Shown here: piece after piece, positions 50,843 through 63,720 of the stretch
How positions within the stretch are numbered: position 1 is the stretch's first letter
Layout of the letters: each line of letters starts with the position of its first letter
From: Eledone cirrhosa
Lineage: Eukaryota
Assembly: GCA_964016885.1 (NCBI GenBank)
Contig: OZ024742.1
Location: 39,246,001-39,310,000, forward strand
Reading direction: 5' to 3'
Length of the DNA: 64,000 nucleotides
Made by a program: the position numbers and the translations under genes
Notes under the pieces: model-generated
Told to the model about the DNA's origin: nothing
Database searches by the model: none
Seen by the model: only the letters and a program-made list of their open reading frames with translations

Positions 50843-51946
50843 GAAAAAATGAAACGAAATTTCATTTCTCACTCACTCTTAGTACGGCTGTTACTTAAAT
50901 ATAAGTATGTATACGTACATACATATATGTATACAGACGTACAGTAGTATGTATATATATATATACATACATGCACACATATATATATATGTACGTATGG
51001 ATTTACCAAAAATTTATTATAATGCTCGGTTTGTTTGTAAACAAACATCCCGAATTAAGCCGTACAGTATTTAGCAACCATCGTTGCCCTTTTGTTCAAC
51101 ACTGACAAAGGAACGCTGTACTAGTTTGAAGCTTATTAGCTATCGTCAGCACCGTATACCTACCTGCCAGATGATTGAACGTCTGAAAGTATATACTTTC
51201 CTTATGCATTTTAACGGCTGAGTAGCCTAATTTGCATATCGAGTGAGTTAATCGGCCAGGGGCACCGAAATCGATAAATGGAAGACGATAGTACACTAGT
51301 ACATCGTTCCTTTGCCAGTGTTGAACAAAAGGGCAACGATGGTTGCTAAACACTACGGCTTAATTCGGGATCTTTGTTTACAAACAAACCGAGCATTATA
51401 ATAAATGTTCGGTAAATCTATACGTACATACATATATCTGTGCATGTATGTATATATATATATACATACTACTGTACGTCTGTATACATATATGTATGTA
51501 CGTATACATACTTATATTTAAGTAACAGCCGTACTAAGAGTGAGTGAGAAATGAAATTTCGTTTCATTTTTTCCATTTATCGTTTTCAGTGCGCCCGGCC
51601 GATTAACTCACTCGATATGCAAATTAGGCTACTCAGCCGTTAAAATGCATAAGGAAAGTATATACTTTCAGACGTTCAATCATCTGGCAGGTAGGTATAC
51701 GGTGCTGACGATAGCTAATAAGCTTCAAACTAGTACATCGTTCCTGTGTCAGAGTTGAACAAAAGGGCAACGATGGTTGCTAAACACTGTACGGCTTAAT
51801 TCGGGATGTTTGTTTACAAACAAACCGAGCATTATAATAAATGTTTGGTAAATCCATACGTACATATGTATATGTGTGCATGTATGTATATATATACATA
51901 CTACTGTACGTCTGTATACATATATGTATGTACGTATACATACTTA
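50843..51946. mobile_element. Retrozyme-like ~434-bp hammerhead unit: one inverted monomer plus ~1.5 tandem monomers
   Basis: 50843-51283 is the reverse complement of one unit; the plus-strand part repeats with period 434 (51297 vs 51731); hammerheads at 51114-51154 (-) and 51700-51740 (+); (TA)n flanks. Confidence 0.88.
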
Positions 51947-52384
51947 TATATATATATATATATATATATATTTGAGAATTTCTTTAAAACTGCTAGAATA
52001 GCAACCTGGCAGCTATCTCAAGCACTGATGGTGATTATCGCTAAATACTGATGTTGATTTGATTATCAATATTAGTATTATTGGGCACCCACTGAAGAAT
52101 TATAAGAGCCCACTTGAATAAGTATCTGTGGATCTTATACAAGTTTCTACATAAATTGGTATAATTTCACCCAAATTGTAGGAATTTTATAATGAAACGA
52201 GTCGTCCGTCTGGGAAGAGATATATTCGATATATCTCATATGAAATAATACAGCCAATTTTCCACACAATACAATTAGTTAGCACCCCGAACATTTAATT
52301 AGGAATATACTCACTTATTTCCTAATGTTTGTTGAGTGAGTTGGGATTTGGCCGGAGTATCGCTATTAGCGTTCTCCGATAATG

Positions 52385-52433
<49 letters not shown>

Positions 52434-52666
52434 AAGAAAATTTCGCTCTACATGGCTGAATACAATAAATGTAATCTGAGTTTTTCGAATATTAATAATA
52501 ACATTCGATTCGTTTGCAATTTTTATAATGTGTCTGGCCCTTATAACGTATGTTAATTGCTCTGGCTTCTTCCTTGTCCATTGAGCGCTTGCCGGCATAT
52601 CTCGAAAAGTGCGTTTCGTTTTGTTTTGGCCGCCGCCGAAATACGATCTCGCTGAAATTATATTTG

Positions 52667-52874
<208 letters not shown>

Positions 52875-52945
52875 TAGTTGTTGTAAGGTTGCAATAAATG
52901 CGTTCGTAGGCGTTGGAAGTTGGAAGAAATGCCTTGAAAACGATA

Positions 52946-53039
52946 AACATATCTGAGGACTTTGCGAATGCAGAGTCAGGTTCGATCTATAATAGATCCT
53001 GCCTTGAGCTAATCGTCGGAGAAACATATGTAATATGTT
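52946..53039 (+). ncRNA. Type I hammerhead ribozyme (stem II decayed)
   Basis: AACATAT-CTGAGGA-...-GAAAC-ATAT-GTA/ATATGTT. 7-bp stem I and palindromic stem III. Confidence 0.7.
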
Positions 53040-53103
53040 AATAAATTGTGTTTTAATGCATCACTGATTCCTCGTTATCTATAATATATATATATATATA
53101 TAT

Positions 53104-53392
53104 AAGCAAAGAGATATTTAATTTGTTGGTAATTCAACAAATTTATTTATAACAGATTCGAAGCACTCAACAGTTTACCGGGAGTATAATATCAATGATA
53201 TTAATAAATGGAAACTATATTTCCGTTTGGAACCTGAACCGATAAGATCTTGTTTCTGAGGTATATCACTATTTATAAAATAAATTTTGTATTTTATCTG
53301 ATGAGGGCGTACCTAATTTTTTGGTACCCTTGAAATATATATAATAAAATAAATATGGTTTTATAAATATAGTTTCCATTTATTAATATCAT

Positions 53393-53399
<7 letters not shown>
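53104..53399. mobile_element. Fold-back family B, short copy
   Basis: Inverted ends 53189-53222 / 53366-53399; left tail similar to 60822-60909; right end similar to 63720-63764. Confidence 0.75.
53291..53350 (+). ncRNA. Type I hammerhead ribozyme (family B)
   Basis: ATTTTAT-CTGATGA-GGG.GTACC...GGTACCCTT-GAAA-TATAT-ATA/ATAAAAT. Confidence 0.82.
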
Positions 53400-53478
<79 letters not shown>

Positions 53479-53898
53479 ATTATTTATTAATGTTTAAGCA
53501 TTAGATACTAATTAATATTTAATTATTATTAAGCAGATAGATGAACAACGTGATCCTCTTGTTTCAGCGGTAGCTGAGCGAAAACAAATTATTTTAAAAT
53601 TTTGACATGACATTATTCGAATAATTTAATATACAACTTTCTTTAAACATGTTCAGGGAATTATAAATGATTTAAAAGCTAATTTTTCTATGTAATTGAT
53701 TATGTTTATGCCTGCCTTTCAAAATCTTTCTCTCTAAAACATTGACCTTTGCTTCAGACAAATATAATATATAAACACATTAAGCTTATTCTGAAACGCC
53801 GTGATAATTATATACTATCACATATAATTCTCTATACATTTGAGCTTTGTATATATAGTTTTTACCATTGCTACACACACACACACACAGACATATAT

Positions 53899-54077
<179 letters not shown>

Positions 54078-54085
54078 AGGTGAGA

Positions 54086-54697
54086 TTGGAAATAGCACTG
54101 AAAATATATTTAAGGGTCTGTTTTTCTTTTTTTCTCACTTTTTTTCCCCTTTCCTTTGATTCGTCATAGTGGCATTATTGAAACAATGAAAGGGACAATT
54201 CTTTTTTAAAAAGAGTTTTATAATGTATATAAAGTATTACCGGTTTCGATGTATTAGTAAAATTGATCTTATCAAATGTTGAGTATTACAATTAAAAAGA
54301 ATTAATAAGGATTAAAAACTACAAATTAAAGGTTTAAAATTAACTGTTGAGGTAAGTTTTTGCATATATATATATTTGAAAAGGGAAGTAAGGTTCCTTG
54401 TTGAGAAGGAGAGAAGAAAATGAAAAAAAACTTACCTCAACACTTAATTTTGAATCTTTAATTTTTAGTTTTTAATTCCTATTAATTCTTTTTAATTGCA
54501 ATACTCAACATTTGATAAGATGAATTTTAATAATACATCGAAACCGGTAATACTTTATATACTTTTTATATAATATAAAACTCTTTTTTAAAATAATTGT
54601 CCCTCTCGTTTTTTCAATAATGTCATTTTGACGAATCAAAGGAAGGGAAAAAAAAAGAAAAACAGACCCGTAACTATATTTTCCGTGCTATTTCCAA
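54086..54697. mobile_element. Fold-back family C (~275-bp arms) with a U3-A8 hammerhead-like motif
   Basis: Arms 54086-54361 and 54426-54697, moderately diverged; TTGATAA-GATG...CATC-GAAAC-CG-GTA at ~54508-54553 (weak stem I); same terminus at 58738-58785. Confidence 0.8.
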
Positions 54698-54700
54698 CTA

Positions 54701-54762
<62 letters not shown>

Positions 54763-55374
54763 ATAGAAAACGAAAAATCAGTGATGCATCTGAACTCAGT
54801 TTATTGTCTGTTACAATTGTTTCGCCGGTGGACAGCTCGAGACGCGATCATTGTGTGGATCTGTCTGATTCTGGACCCGCAGGTTCGACGGACATGTCTA
54901 ATGATTTCGGAGCATATTCTCTCACTGGGGTATCTGACCCTCTGGGCTAGTACCGTCAAAAACTTCATCCTCTTCGTGCGTCCTGTGATTGGCCGCTGGT
55001 TGTCGACGTCATCATAATTCTGACCACAGGTACCAGTCCGCTGACCATCAGGGCGTTAGCTGTCCCATGTCTGCTACACTTCAATAAATGATGATGATGA
55101 TGAATTTGATACAATGCTATACAGAAATAACACATTACCAAACCAAAATACTTTAAATAATTGCAGCTCAGTAATTTACTCCTTTACTCTTAAAGTATTT
55201 AACTTTTTGAAATTATTGTAGTCTGCTGGTTGAATAATACAGTAGTCTGCAACACCCTCTCAACAAAGTTGTATTTCCATTTGATGATACAACTGACAGG
55301 AGTTAGAAACGTAAAATAAATCAGAATAACAACAACCACAACAACAATAATAAATAAGCTGTGTTATACAACAA

Positions 55375-55563
55375 CTACAACGGTACGCGATGGGGCCCAC
55401 CCACAGCCCTGGCGGACAGAATGGAGAAGGCGTTTCCCCGGAGAACGGCGAGGGAGACGCGCTGGAAGAGCCACTCCAACACGCGGGGCTCACACCTTCG
55501 GCTGGCCAACTCAGCGCCTATGGTGGTGAGTAGGGAGGTAGCCCTAGGGCTGAGGACACCAGA
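55375..55563 (-). pseudogene. C-terminus of a CRE-like (RLE) non-LTR retrotransposon ORF
   Basis: Manual translation: SGVLSPRATSLLTTIGAELASRRCEPRVLEWLFQRVSLAVLRGNAFSIL...*, matching the FQR.S.A..RGNA end motif typical of CRE-clade elements. Confidence 0.72.
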
Positions 55564-57700
55564 AGCGCGCTGTTGGTTTTGGCCATGTAGTCTGCCATGT
55601 TAGGTTCGGTGGAGAAGGAGAACTTCACCGTGTGGCGGTTGAAAATCTTGTGGTATCTGCTTGACGGCGGGAAGCACTCGTCCAACGCTCGGAAGAAGAG
55701 GCCTGGTACATTGCTGCATACATGCTTAGAATACGGCGCGTTAAACCATGTAACGGCCTTAGACCCTGTCGTGTTCCTTCGTGTGTGTGTAGTAGTGTGA
55801 ATGTGTGTTGGGTCAGGTGTCCGTTTCGGGTTTTATCCACCCGTTATTTCGTCCCCTATGTTGCCGCTATCTATATGTCTACCGTGGGCGTCGGAGTTAC
55901 GCCGTTCGCTTACTGCGGTATTCCGTTTTGTATTGTCGGCTCTACTGTTAGTCTCGTTAATGTTAGGCGGTGCTGTTGTGGCGGCTATATGATTGCTACT
56001 GGTCCTGGTGTTCCCTCTACCGGGTACCACGGCCGTACTTGCCATTACTCTGTCCCTAGTTCTAGTTTCCGCGACGCATGTAGTGCGCGTGCCGAACTTC
56101 TGTCTACGTGTACTGGGTGGTCTGGCGCCCGTGTGTGTCCTCGTCTGTCTTATTGCCGGTCTTGTGTCCTTGTGGTGATCTATGCTGCTACTCGTGTTGC
56201 TGGAAGCTATTTCCGGGCCGGTCCGTCTACCTATGGATGTACTACTGCTATTGTCGTATCCGCATGCCTCGGCGCTAGGCATTTCCCTGTCCGTGGTGTA
56301 CACTATGGTTTCTGTGTAACCGGCCCTGCGCAGTGCCTCATTATAATAGTCGGCGTGCTGGTTGAACACGTATGCGTTGGCCCACAGGGTGGATACGCGT
56401 TTGGATACCACTTTAACTATTGCTTCTATGACTGACTTAGGGTGGTTCGATTGCCTGTTCACATATTGCAGGTTCTCATTGGGCTTGTGATAAGGTCGGT
56501 GTATGCCCGCATTCATTTCCAGGGTAACCTCTAGGAAATTCAACGTCTTAGTTCTAGGATCTATCATCACGGATAAGCCGTGTTGCTTAAAAAATGCGAT
56601 ATGCGCTCCAGCTGGCTGGGGTTTAGGGAACGGAAGGTAAAAAGTGCGTCGTCCCTGTATATTCCTCCGCCGATCCCTGGAATCTCCTCTGCTAATCTTT
56701 GGAGGAGATAGATTCCCACCAAGTCCGTCACCTGCGAAGAGTCGCTCGACCCCATAGTAATGTCAAACTGTCGGGTCTGTCCCTCCTCTCCCATAATTTA
56801 TCTGCGAAGCTAATTAGCATCTTTCTCGCTGCTATTATGAGGTTTGCTTCCTCCCTAGTGATGTTGAACTTGGCCATGGCGCTCATGAGGGCCTTGTTCA
56901 CGATTACTGGTGATACTGATGCGTAGTAATTCGCTATGTCTAATTGAATGAAATTTACCTGCCGTTTGCTATCTATTAGCGAGAATCAGTCAATTACCTC
57001 CTTAGTGGAGGTCCATAAGCTAAGCCTAGTTTTGTTCCTAAGTACCGGTAGTATCCTGTCTATGATATTCTTGCTGGTCCTACCTATGTTCGATTTGGAG
57101 GGTGCTATTAGCCTAACAGGTAGATTAGTTCTAAAGTCTAATTTATGATATCTTAATGGATATCCGCGGTTTTCTGGGTACATATTGTTCTGTTCTATCA
57201 TCTATTCCTAGCCCAGTCATTATTTTTTGGTCGTGGCGTTAATGTTATCTAAGTTGTCCTGTCATGTCCTGTGGTCCTGTAGTTTTTCCTAACCTCTTTC
57301 CCGATGCAGTCGTTGTATGTAAATCGGTCAAGCATGTATACATTACCAGTTTTGTCCGTGGGCACAAGTAAATCCGGGCATTCTTCCATGCTTTTGATTG
57401 TGGAGCTTAATCTCCGGAGGTAATCAATATGTCGTGTATTATTCCTTCGGAATTTGATGTTTCGGATGGTGCTGACGATACGGTTTTCAAATTCTTCCAG
57501 CTGTGCGTTATGCGGTGGGTGTCGTCTTGATCTAAAGATCCCTTTTAGGCGGTCCTGAGGATTATCGGGTGCGTGATGCTGTGTCCTTCTGTCGTGGTGA
57601 AATGCGCGCCATCTCATGCGTCTAACGAAAGAGTTAGTGTGGTGAATCAGTAGGCTCATGTATGTGTTGTCAGAAGGGATCGGGATGCCCTTTAATATAT
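55564..57700 (-). pseudogene. Penelope-like (Naiad-type) reverse transcriptase ORF, frameshifted, no GIY-YIG recovered
   Basis: KGIPIPS...FVRRMRWRAF, PTDKTGNVY, PVRLIAPSKSNIGRTSK, FDITMGSSDSSQVTDLVGIYLL, IYRDDAL, NFLEVTL, YVNRQSNHP, WFNAPYSKHV...KIFNRHTVKFSFS. Confidence 0.9.
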
Positions 57701-57807
57701 AGAGGTAGAACACTGGACGGTAATATCGGTAGTGGTAGAGCACTCAGTCCATGGGACGAGTTAGGTGAAACAATTGTTCTCGGTATGGTGAACTAACTGT
57801 TGTATTA

Positions 57808-57870
<63 letters not shown>

Positions 57871-57873
<3 letters not shown>

Positions 57874-58652
57874 GTGTCCCAACGACCTTTTTTAGCCGCT
57901 GCTCGCACCAACAGGAGGTATATGGTCTTTAAAGCGATGAAATACCAATGATGGTTGGAAGATCACTGATGAAGGACTAACTTTATTCATATGTAACCCA
58001 TTAGCAACCCCGCAGCACGTTTATTCTCATATTTACACATATTTTTTCCCCGCTGTTACCCGTCTATTTCGTTCTTACTGCTTCCTCTTTTTCTGTATCT
58101 TTACCCTCTCTAGCAGTCACTCTCTCTGTTAGCCTCTTCCTCACCCTTCACTCACTCATTCTCTGTTACTACCTCTCCTCCTCCTCCTTCTTCCCGTTTG
58201 ACCTTTTCTTTCGCACGCTTGGCCAGGTCGGTCGGCGTTTTTTCTCTCTCTCGTCTACCATTTCACAGAACTTATGTTTACCGAATTCACAGACTAGACC
58301 CCTTCTTCCTCCCGTTAGACCTGTGCGAAATTCCTTCCTTGCTCACATTTCAACCAGGTTTGATGGTCTTTATTCTCTCTCGTTCACGATTTCACTGAAT
58401 TTAAATTCATAGAAATTTGGGACTTGACTCCTTCTTCCTCACTTTTCGTTGCTTCACCATTTTTGTTTGTTAACACACGTGCCCCCTTTATTTACGTGTC
58501 CCAACGACCTTTTTGTAGCCGTTGCTAGCACCAACCGGAGGTATATGGTCTTTAAAGCGATGAAATACCAATGATGGTTGGAAGATCACTGATGAAGGAC
58601 TAACTTTATTCATATGTAACCCATTAGCAACCCCGCAGCACGTTTATTCTCA

Positions 58653-58658
<6 letters not shown>
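57871..58658. mobile_element. 788-bp non-coding element with 165-bp terminal direct repeats between (TA)n
   Basis: 57871-58035 is nearly identical to 58493-58658; CT-rich interior. Confidence 0.8.
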
Positions 58659-58710
<52 letters not shown>

Positions 58711-58795
58711 TAGATAGAGAGAGAGAGAGAGAGAGAGTTGGAAATAGCACGGAAAATATATTTAAGGGTCTTAAATATATTTTCTATACACACAC

Positions 58796-58947
<152 letters not shown>

Positions 58948-59118
58948 AAAAGGTAAACTGAAATAACAAAAATAACAAAACAAATAGCACAGTACATAGA
59001 GGGAATATATTAGTTTAACGCTATATATAACCGTAATATATTAGTTTAACGCTATATAAAACCCTAATAAAAATACAATTGAGAGAGTACAAATAAATCA
59101 AAATGAAGAAGGAATAAA

Positions 59119-59628
59119 TGTGTGTGCATGTATGTATGTATATACATACTACTGTACGTCTGTATACATATATGTATGTACGTATACATACTTATATTTA
59201 AGTATCAGCCGTACTAAGAGTAAGAAATGAAATTTCATTTTTTCCATTTATCGTTTTCGGTACACCCGGCCGACTAACTCACTCGATATGCAAATTAGGT
59301 TGCTCAGCCGTTAATTGCATAAGGAAAGTATATACTTTCAAACGTTCAATCGACTGACTGGAAGGTATACGGTGCTGATGACAGCTAATAAGCTAGAAAC
59401 TAGTTCATCGTTTCTTTGTCAGTGTTGAACAAAAGGGCAACGATGGTTGCCGAACACTGTACGGCTTAATTCGGGCTGTTTGTTTAAAACAAACCGAACA
59501 TTATAATAAATGTTCAGTAAACCCATACATACATATATGCAATATATGTGTGCATATATGTATGTATATACATACTACTGTACGTCTGTATACATATATG
59601 TATATACGTATACATACTTATATTTAAG
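59119..59628 (+). mobile_element. Retrozyme-like unit, 1.2-mer, with target-site duplication
   Basis: Same family as 50843-51946; ~80-bp terminal direct repeat (period 426); AAGAAGGAATAAA at 59106-59118 and 59626-59638. Confidence 0.88.
59370..59410 (+). ncRNA. Minimal type I hammerhead ribozyme
   Basis: CGGTG-CTGATGA-CAGCT AATA AGCTA-GAAAC-TA-GTT/CATCG; 1-2-bp palindromic stem III typical of minimal metazoan hammerheads. Confidence 0.8.
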
Positions 59629-60507
59629 AAGGAATAAAGCTTTAGTAAAATGTCTTTGGCGAGAAATATCATATCCGTGTCAAAAAGAAAAGCGAGCATA
59701 TCGAGTGGATTCGTATGTCTTGATTGCACTGTGTTGCCAAATTCAGCGGATCAGAACCATTTGTTTATTTATTGATTGATTGATTGATTTAATCAGTTTA
59801 AACGTCTCTGTAAAGTTGGTAAGCCATGGCAGAGAAAGGTATTTAAGGAGGGAGAAATTAAGAGAGAAAGCATAAGAGACAAATATAAGAAATAGAAGGT
59901 GAAAAACAAGTATAGCTATAGAGCGATTAAATGACTTAAACGACCTTATTTGTGGTTGGTAGATCCTTGATAATATATTGCATCTCCAAGTATAGTATTT
60001 TTTAAGACTAGTTTTAAAATGTCCCCCACTCTCTCACTCCTAATATTGTAGTGTTGAAGGATGTGGAAGAAGGACGGGCACAACACCTTATTGGGGTCAA
60101 GGGGGTATTACTGAGTGTAGAATATCAGTAGAAAATTATTTAACTTTTCTTTGCTCTGAAAAGGAAATCCAGCCTTTATTTATGCAATAAGGTTTACTTA
60201 CACGCCACCATCTCCCATACTTCAGACCACCCACACCTTTCTTTATACACTAAAACTCGATTTCTGCATTCCTTTATGCCCATGTGTTCCTGCGAACTAC
60301 TAATCAACAACAAATCAAAAGAGCATTAACTGCACTCACCTCACCCTCAAACGTTGATAACTCAATCTTGATGGGATTAAATAAGGACTTAAAGCACTCA
60401 CTGCTCCCACTCCACCGCAGAGTGGGAAAGAAATAAAAAAATGACGTTTTAAAACAAGTCTACATATACTCTATATATGCACACAATCATATATGCATGC
60501 GCGCGCA

Positions 60508-60637
<130 letters not shown>

Positions 60638-60643
60638 TATATA

Positions 60644-60782
60644 CAGGTAAAATTGCGTTATAACAAATACCATTATAACGAATCTTTCAGTATAACGAAT
60701 TTTTTTCAATCCCCAACCACATGCTCAATGTGTTAGGTCGATCTCGTTATAAGGAATTTTTCGTCACAACGAATTTTTACTG
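60644..60782. mobile_element. Tc1/mariner-pogo (Tigger-like) MITE
   Basis: TA-CAGGTAAAATTGCGTTATAAC ... GTCACAACGAATTTTTACTG; internal TATAACGAA repeats. Confidence 0.6.
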
Positions 60783-60783
60783 C

Positions 60784-60825
<42 letters not shown>

Positions 60826-61629
60826 AAAGTTATATTTAAATTGTTGGGTTACAACTAGTAAATATTTATAACTGATATAAAAGCACTCGACAAATATTTG
60901 GAGTATATTTACAATATTAAATAAATGGAAACTATATTTATAAAACCATATTTATTTCATTATATATATTTCAGGGATATCATATTAACAATATGCTATG
61001 CCTTCCTCAGACAAAATACAATATAAACAGTTTTATAGATAAATAGATTCGACATACCGTAACATCTACTTGCATTTGAGAAGGTTGATTTGGTAGTGAC
61101 AAAATTGTACACAAAGAGAAAGAAAGAGAGAGAGAAAGAGAGAAAAAGAGAGAAAAAAAGGAAAGAAAGACAGAAAACGAAGAAAAAGAAAAAGAAGAAA
61201 TGCATGGAACAAAATAGAGAGATGGAAAGATAGATAAAGAGAAGAACTTCATGTAAAGAAACAGAAAGAGATATATATATATATAGAGAGAGGAAATAGA
61301 GATAGATAGACATATATAGAAAGCTAGGTAGTGGGACGACTGTTGAATAACGTATCAATGATACATTTATTTATTTATTTATTTATTTAGCTCTAGTATT
61401 AATGTAAGGGAGATATATGGAGGGAAAACCAGCTGTTATATAGGGAGAGAAAAAAATATAGAGAGAGAAAAAAGAGAGAGAAAAAATTCAAAAATATCCA
61501 GACACAGGCGAGGCGTAAAAACCTCTGTTTTAATATAGAGGTATTAGTATTTACAAAACCAGCCTCTACATTGTAAATATCAGTATTCCTGAATATCCTG
61601 AATATCAGTATTCCTGAATATCAGTATTC

Positions 61630-62280
61630 CCCCCTTTCTCACTAAACATTAAAACCCACATCGCTAAACTATTTTTTAAAGCTCTTGATAATCGCTTCCC
61701 TAGAACACATAGATATCACTCAATTTTCAATAGACATACAATTAAATTAACCTACTCATCCACCAAAAATTTAGCACAAAATATCAATAGAATAAATAAT
61801 AGGAACTTAAAACCTAGTGATAACAGCATAAATAATATACAAGTTAACAAATGTAACTGTAGAGATAGATCTAAATGTCCGTTAAATAACAACTGCTTAG
61901 TTAAAAATATAGTATACAATTGTAATGTTAATACTGACTCTAATTCTTTTAACTACGTCAGTTCCACATCGACGGAATTTAAACTTCGCTATAATAACCA
62001 CAAGAATTCTTTCACAGATCCAAGTAAAAAATCTTCAACGGCACTATCAGGCGTACTATGGCAACTTAAGCTAGATAACGTTAGATATTCGACGGCTTGG
62101 AATATAGTCTCAAGAGGGATTCCTTTTAATTCATCCTCTGAGACATGTGACCTCTGCGCAGAGGAGATATTCTTTATACTAAAATCTAAAAATTCCCTTA
62201 ATCTACGGACAAATTTATTCAGTTGTTGCAAACATAGATTAAACTCAACGTTTAAATATAAATTTAAATTTAAAATGTAG
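61630..62280 (+). pseudogene. 5'-truncated PLE ORF: linker plus GIY-YIG endonuclease, uninterrupted 216-aa frame
   Basis: Manual translation: PPFSLNIKTHIAKLF...SIFNRHTIKLTYSS...KCNCRDRSKCPLNNNCLVKNIVYNC...NYVSSTSTEFKLRYNNHKNSF...STALSGVLWQLK...W...CDLCAEE...LNLRTNLFSCCKH...*. Absent from the track because there is no usable start codon. Confidence 0.9.
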
Positions 62281-63656
62281 TATATTTAGTTTGATTTATA
62301 ATTATATGGGAAACTAGCCGATAAATCTTTGATTCTCTTTTTATTCTTTTTATTTTTATTTTATTTATTTAAACATTCTTCATGAAAAATTAAGCTATCC
62401 TAAAAGTTGATGCTCCAAATATTTCGAATAAACGTTACACAAGATAAACTTCTATATTAAATATAAGAACACATGTAGACCAAATTGGGCATCCTATACT
62501 TTTTGAAATGATCTTTACTAGATGCGATTTGATAGATAATTTTTGGCTTTATCTGTTATTCGACTCTGATGTTTATAATGAACTTGGCAATATATTGTCA
62601 ATTAATTTTGAAGGGTTGATCTTTGTGGTTTATTTTATTTTTATTATTGTAGTATTTCCTAATTTTTATTTTTAATATTCTTAATATGTAAATTTTTTTT
62701 AATATGTAATATTTTTAATATGTAATATTCTTTCGTAATATTTCTTAGTTTTCTATTTTATTATTACTTATTATTATTATTGTTATTTTTAGTTTTGTTT
62801 CCGATATATTTTTATTTTTATTTTTATTTTTATTAGTATATTGAAATCTGCTCTATCTTTGCTTGATAGACAGAAATAGTAATATTGACTCTATATACAC
62901 ATATATGTATACTTAAATTTTTATACCACATTGAGAATACTTTCCGTGAACTTAGGGTTTGCAGAATTGATCATGTACATTCACATAGATGTTTGTAATT
63001 ATCACATAAACATATGAATTTTTTTTAAAAACTAAACATAAGATCATTAATTTTCACACATTGTGGATACATATCTCATTCAGGAATACTGATATTTACA
63101 ATGTAGAGGCTGGTTTTGTAAATACTAATACCTCTATATTAAAACAGAGGTTTTTACGCCTCGCCTGTGTCTGGATATTTTTGAATTTTTTCTCTCTCTT
63201 TTTTCTCTCTCTATATTTTTTTCTCTCCCTATATAACAGCTGGTTTTCCCTCCATATATCTCCCTTACATTAATACTAGAGCTAAATAAATAAATAAATA
63301 AATAAATGTATCATTGATACGTTATTCAACAGTCGTCCCACTACCTAGCTTTCTATATATGTCTATCTATCTCTATTTCCTCTCTCTCTCTATATATATA
63401 TATCTCTTTCTGTTTCTTTACATGAAGTTCTTCTCTTTATCTATCTTTTCATCTCTCTATTTTGTTCCATGCATTTCTTCTTTTTCTTTTTCTTCGTTTT
63501 CTGTCTTTCTTTCCTTTTTTTCTCTCTTTTTCTCTCTTTCTCTCTCTCTTTCTTTCTCTTTGTGTACAATTTTGTCACTACCAAATCAACCTTCTCAAAT
63601 GCAAGTAGATGTTACGGTATGTCGAATCTATTTATCTATAAAACTGTTTATATTGT

Positions 63657-63720
63657 ATTTTGTCTGAGGAAGGCATAGCATATTGTTAATATGATATCCC
63701 TGAAATATATATAATGAAAT
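63657..63720 (+). ncRNA. Type I hammerhead ribozyme (mirror copy at 60954-61017, minus strand)
   Basis: ATTTTGT-CTGAGGA-AGG.ATA.CATATT...AATATG.TAT.CCT-GAAA-TATAT-ATA/ATGAAAT. Confidence 0.82.

Noticed and set aside
54780-55090. Missing GIY-YIG of the adjacent PLE
   Set aside because: I saw no GIY-YIG motifs on the minus strand; the segment ends AATAAA(TGA)n like an unrelated plus-strand retro-tail, and its identity is unresolved.
61630-62280. Selenocysteine read-through as reported for some Naiad PLEs
   Set aside because: No in-frame TGA in this frame; all Cys positions use TGT/TGC.
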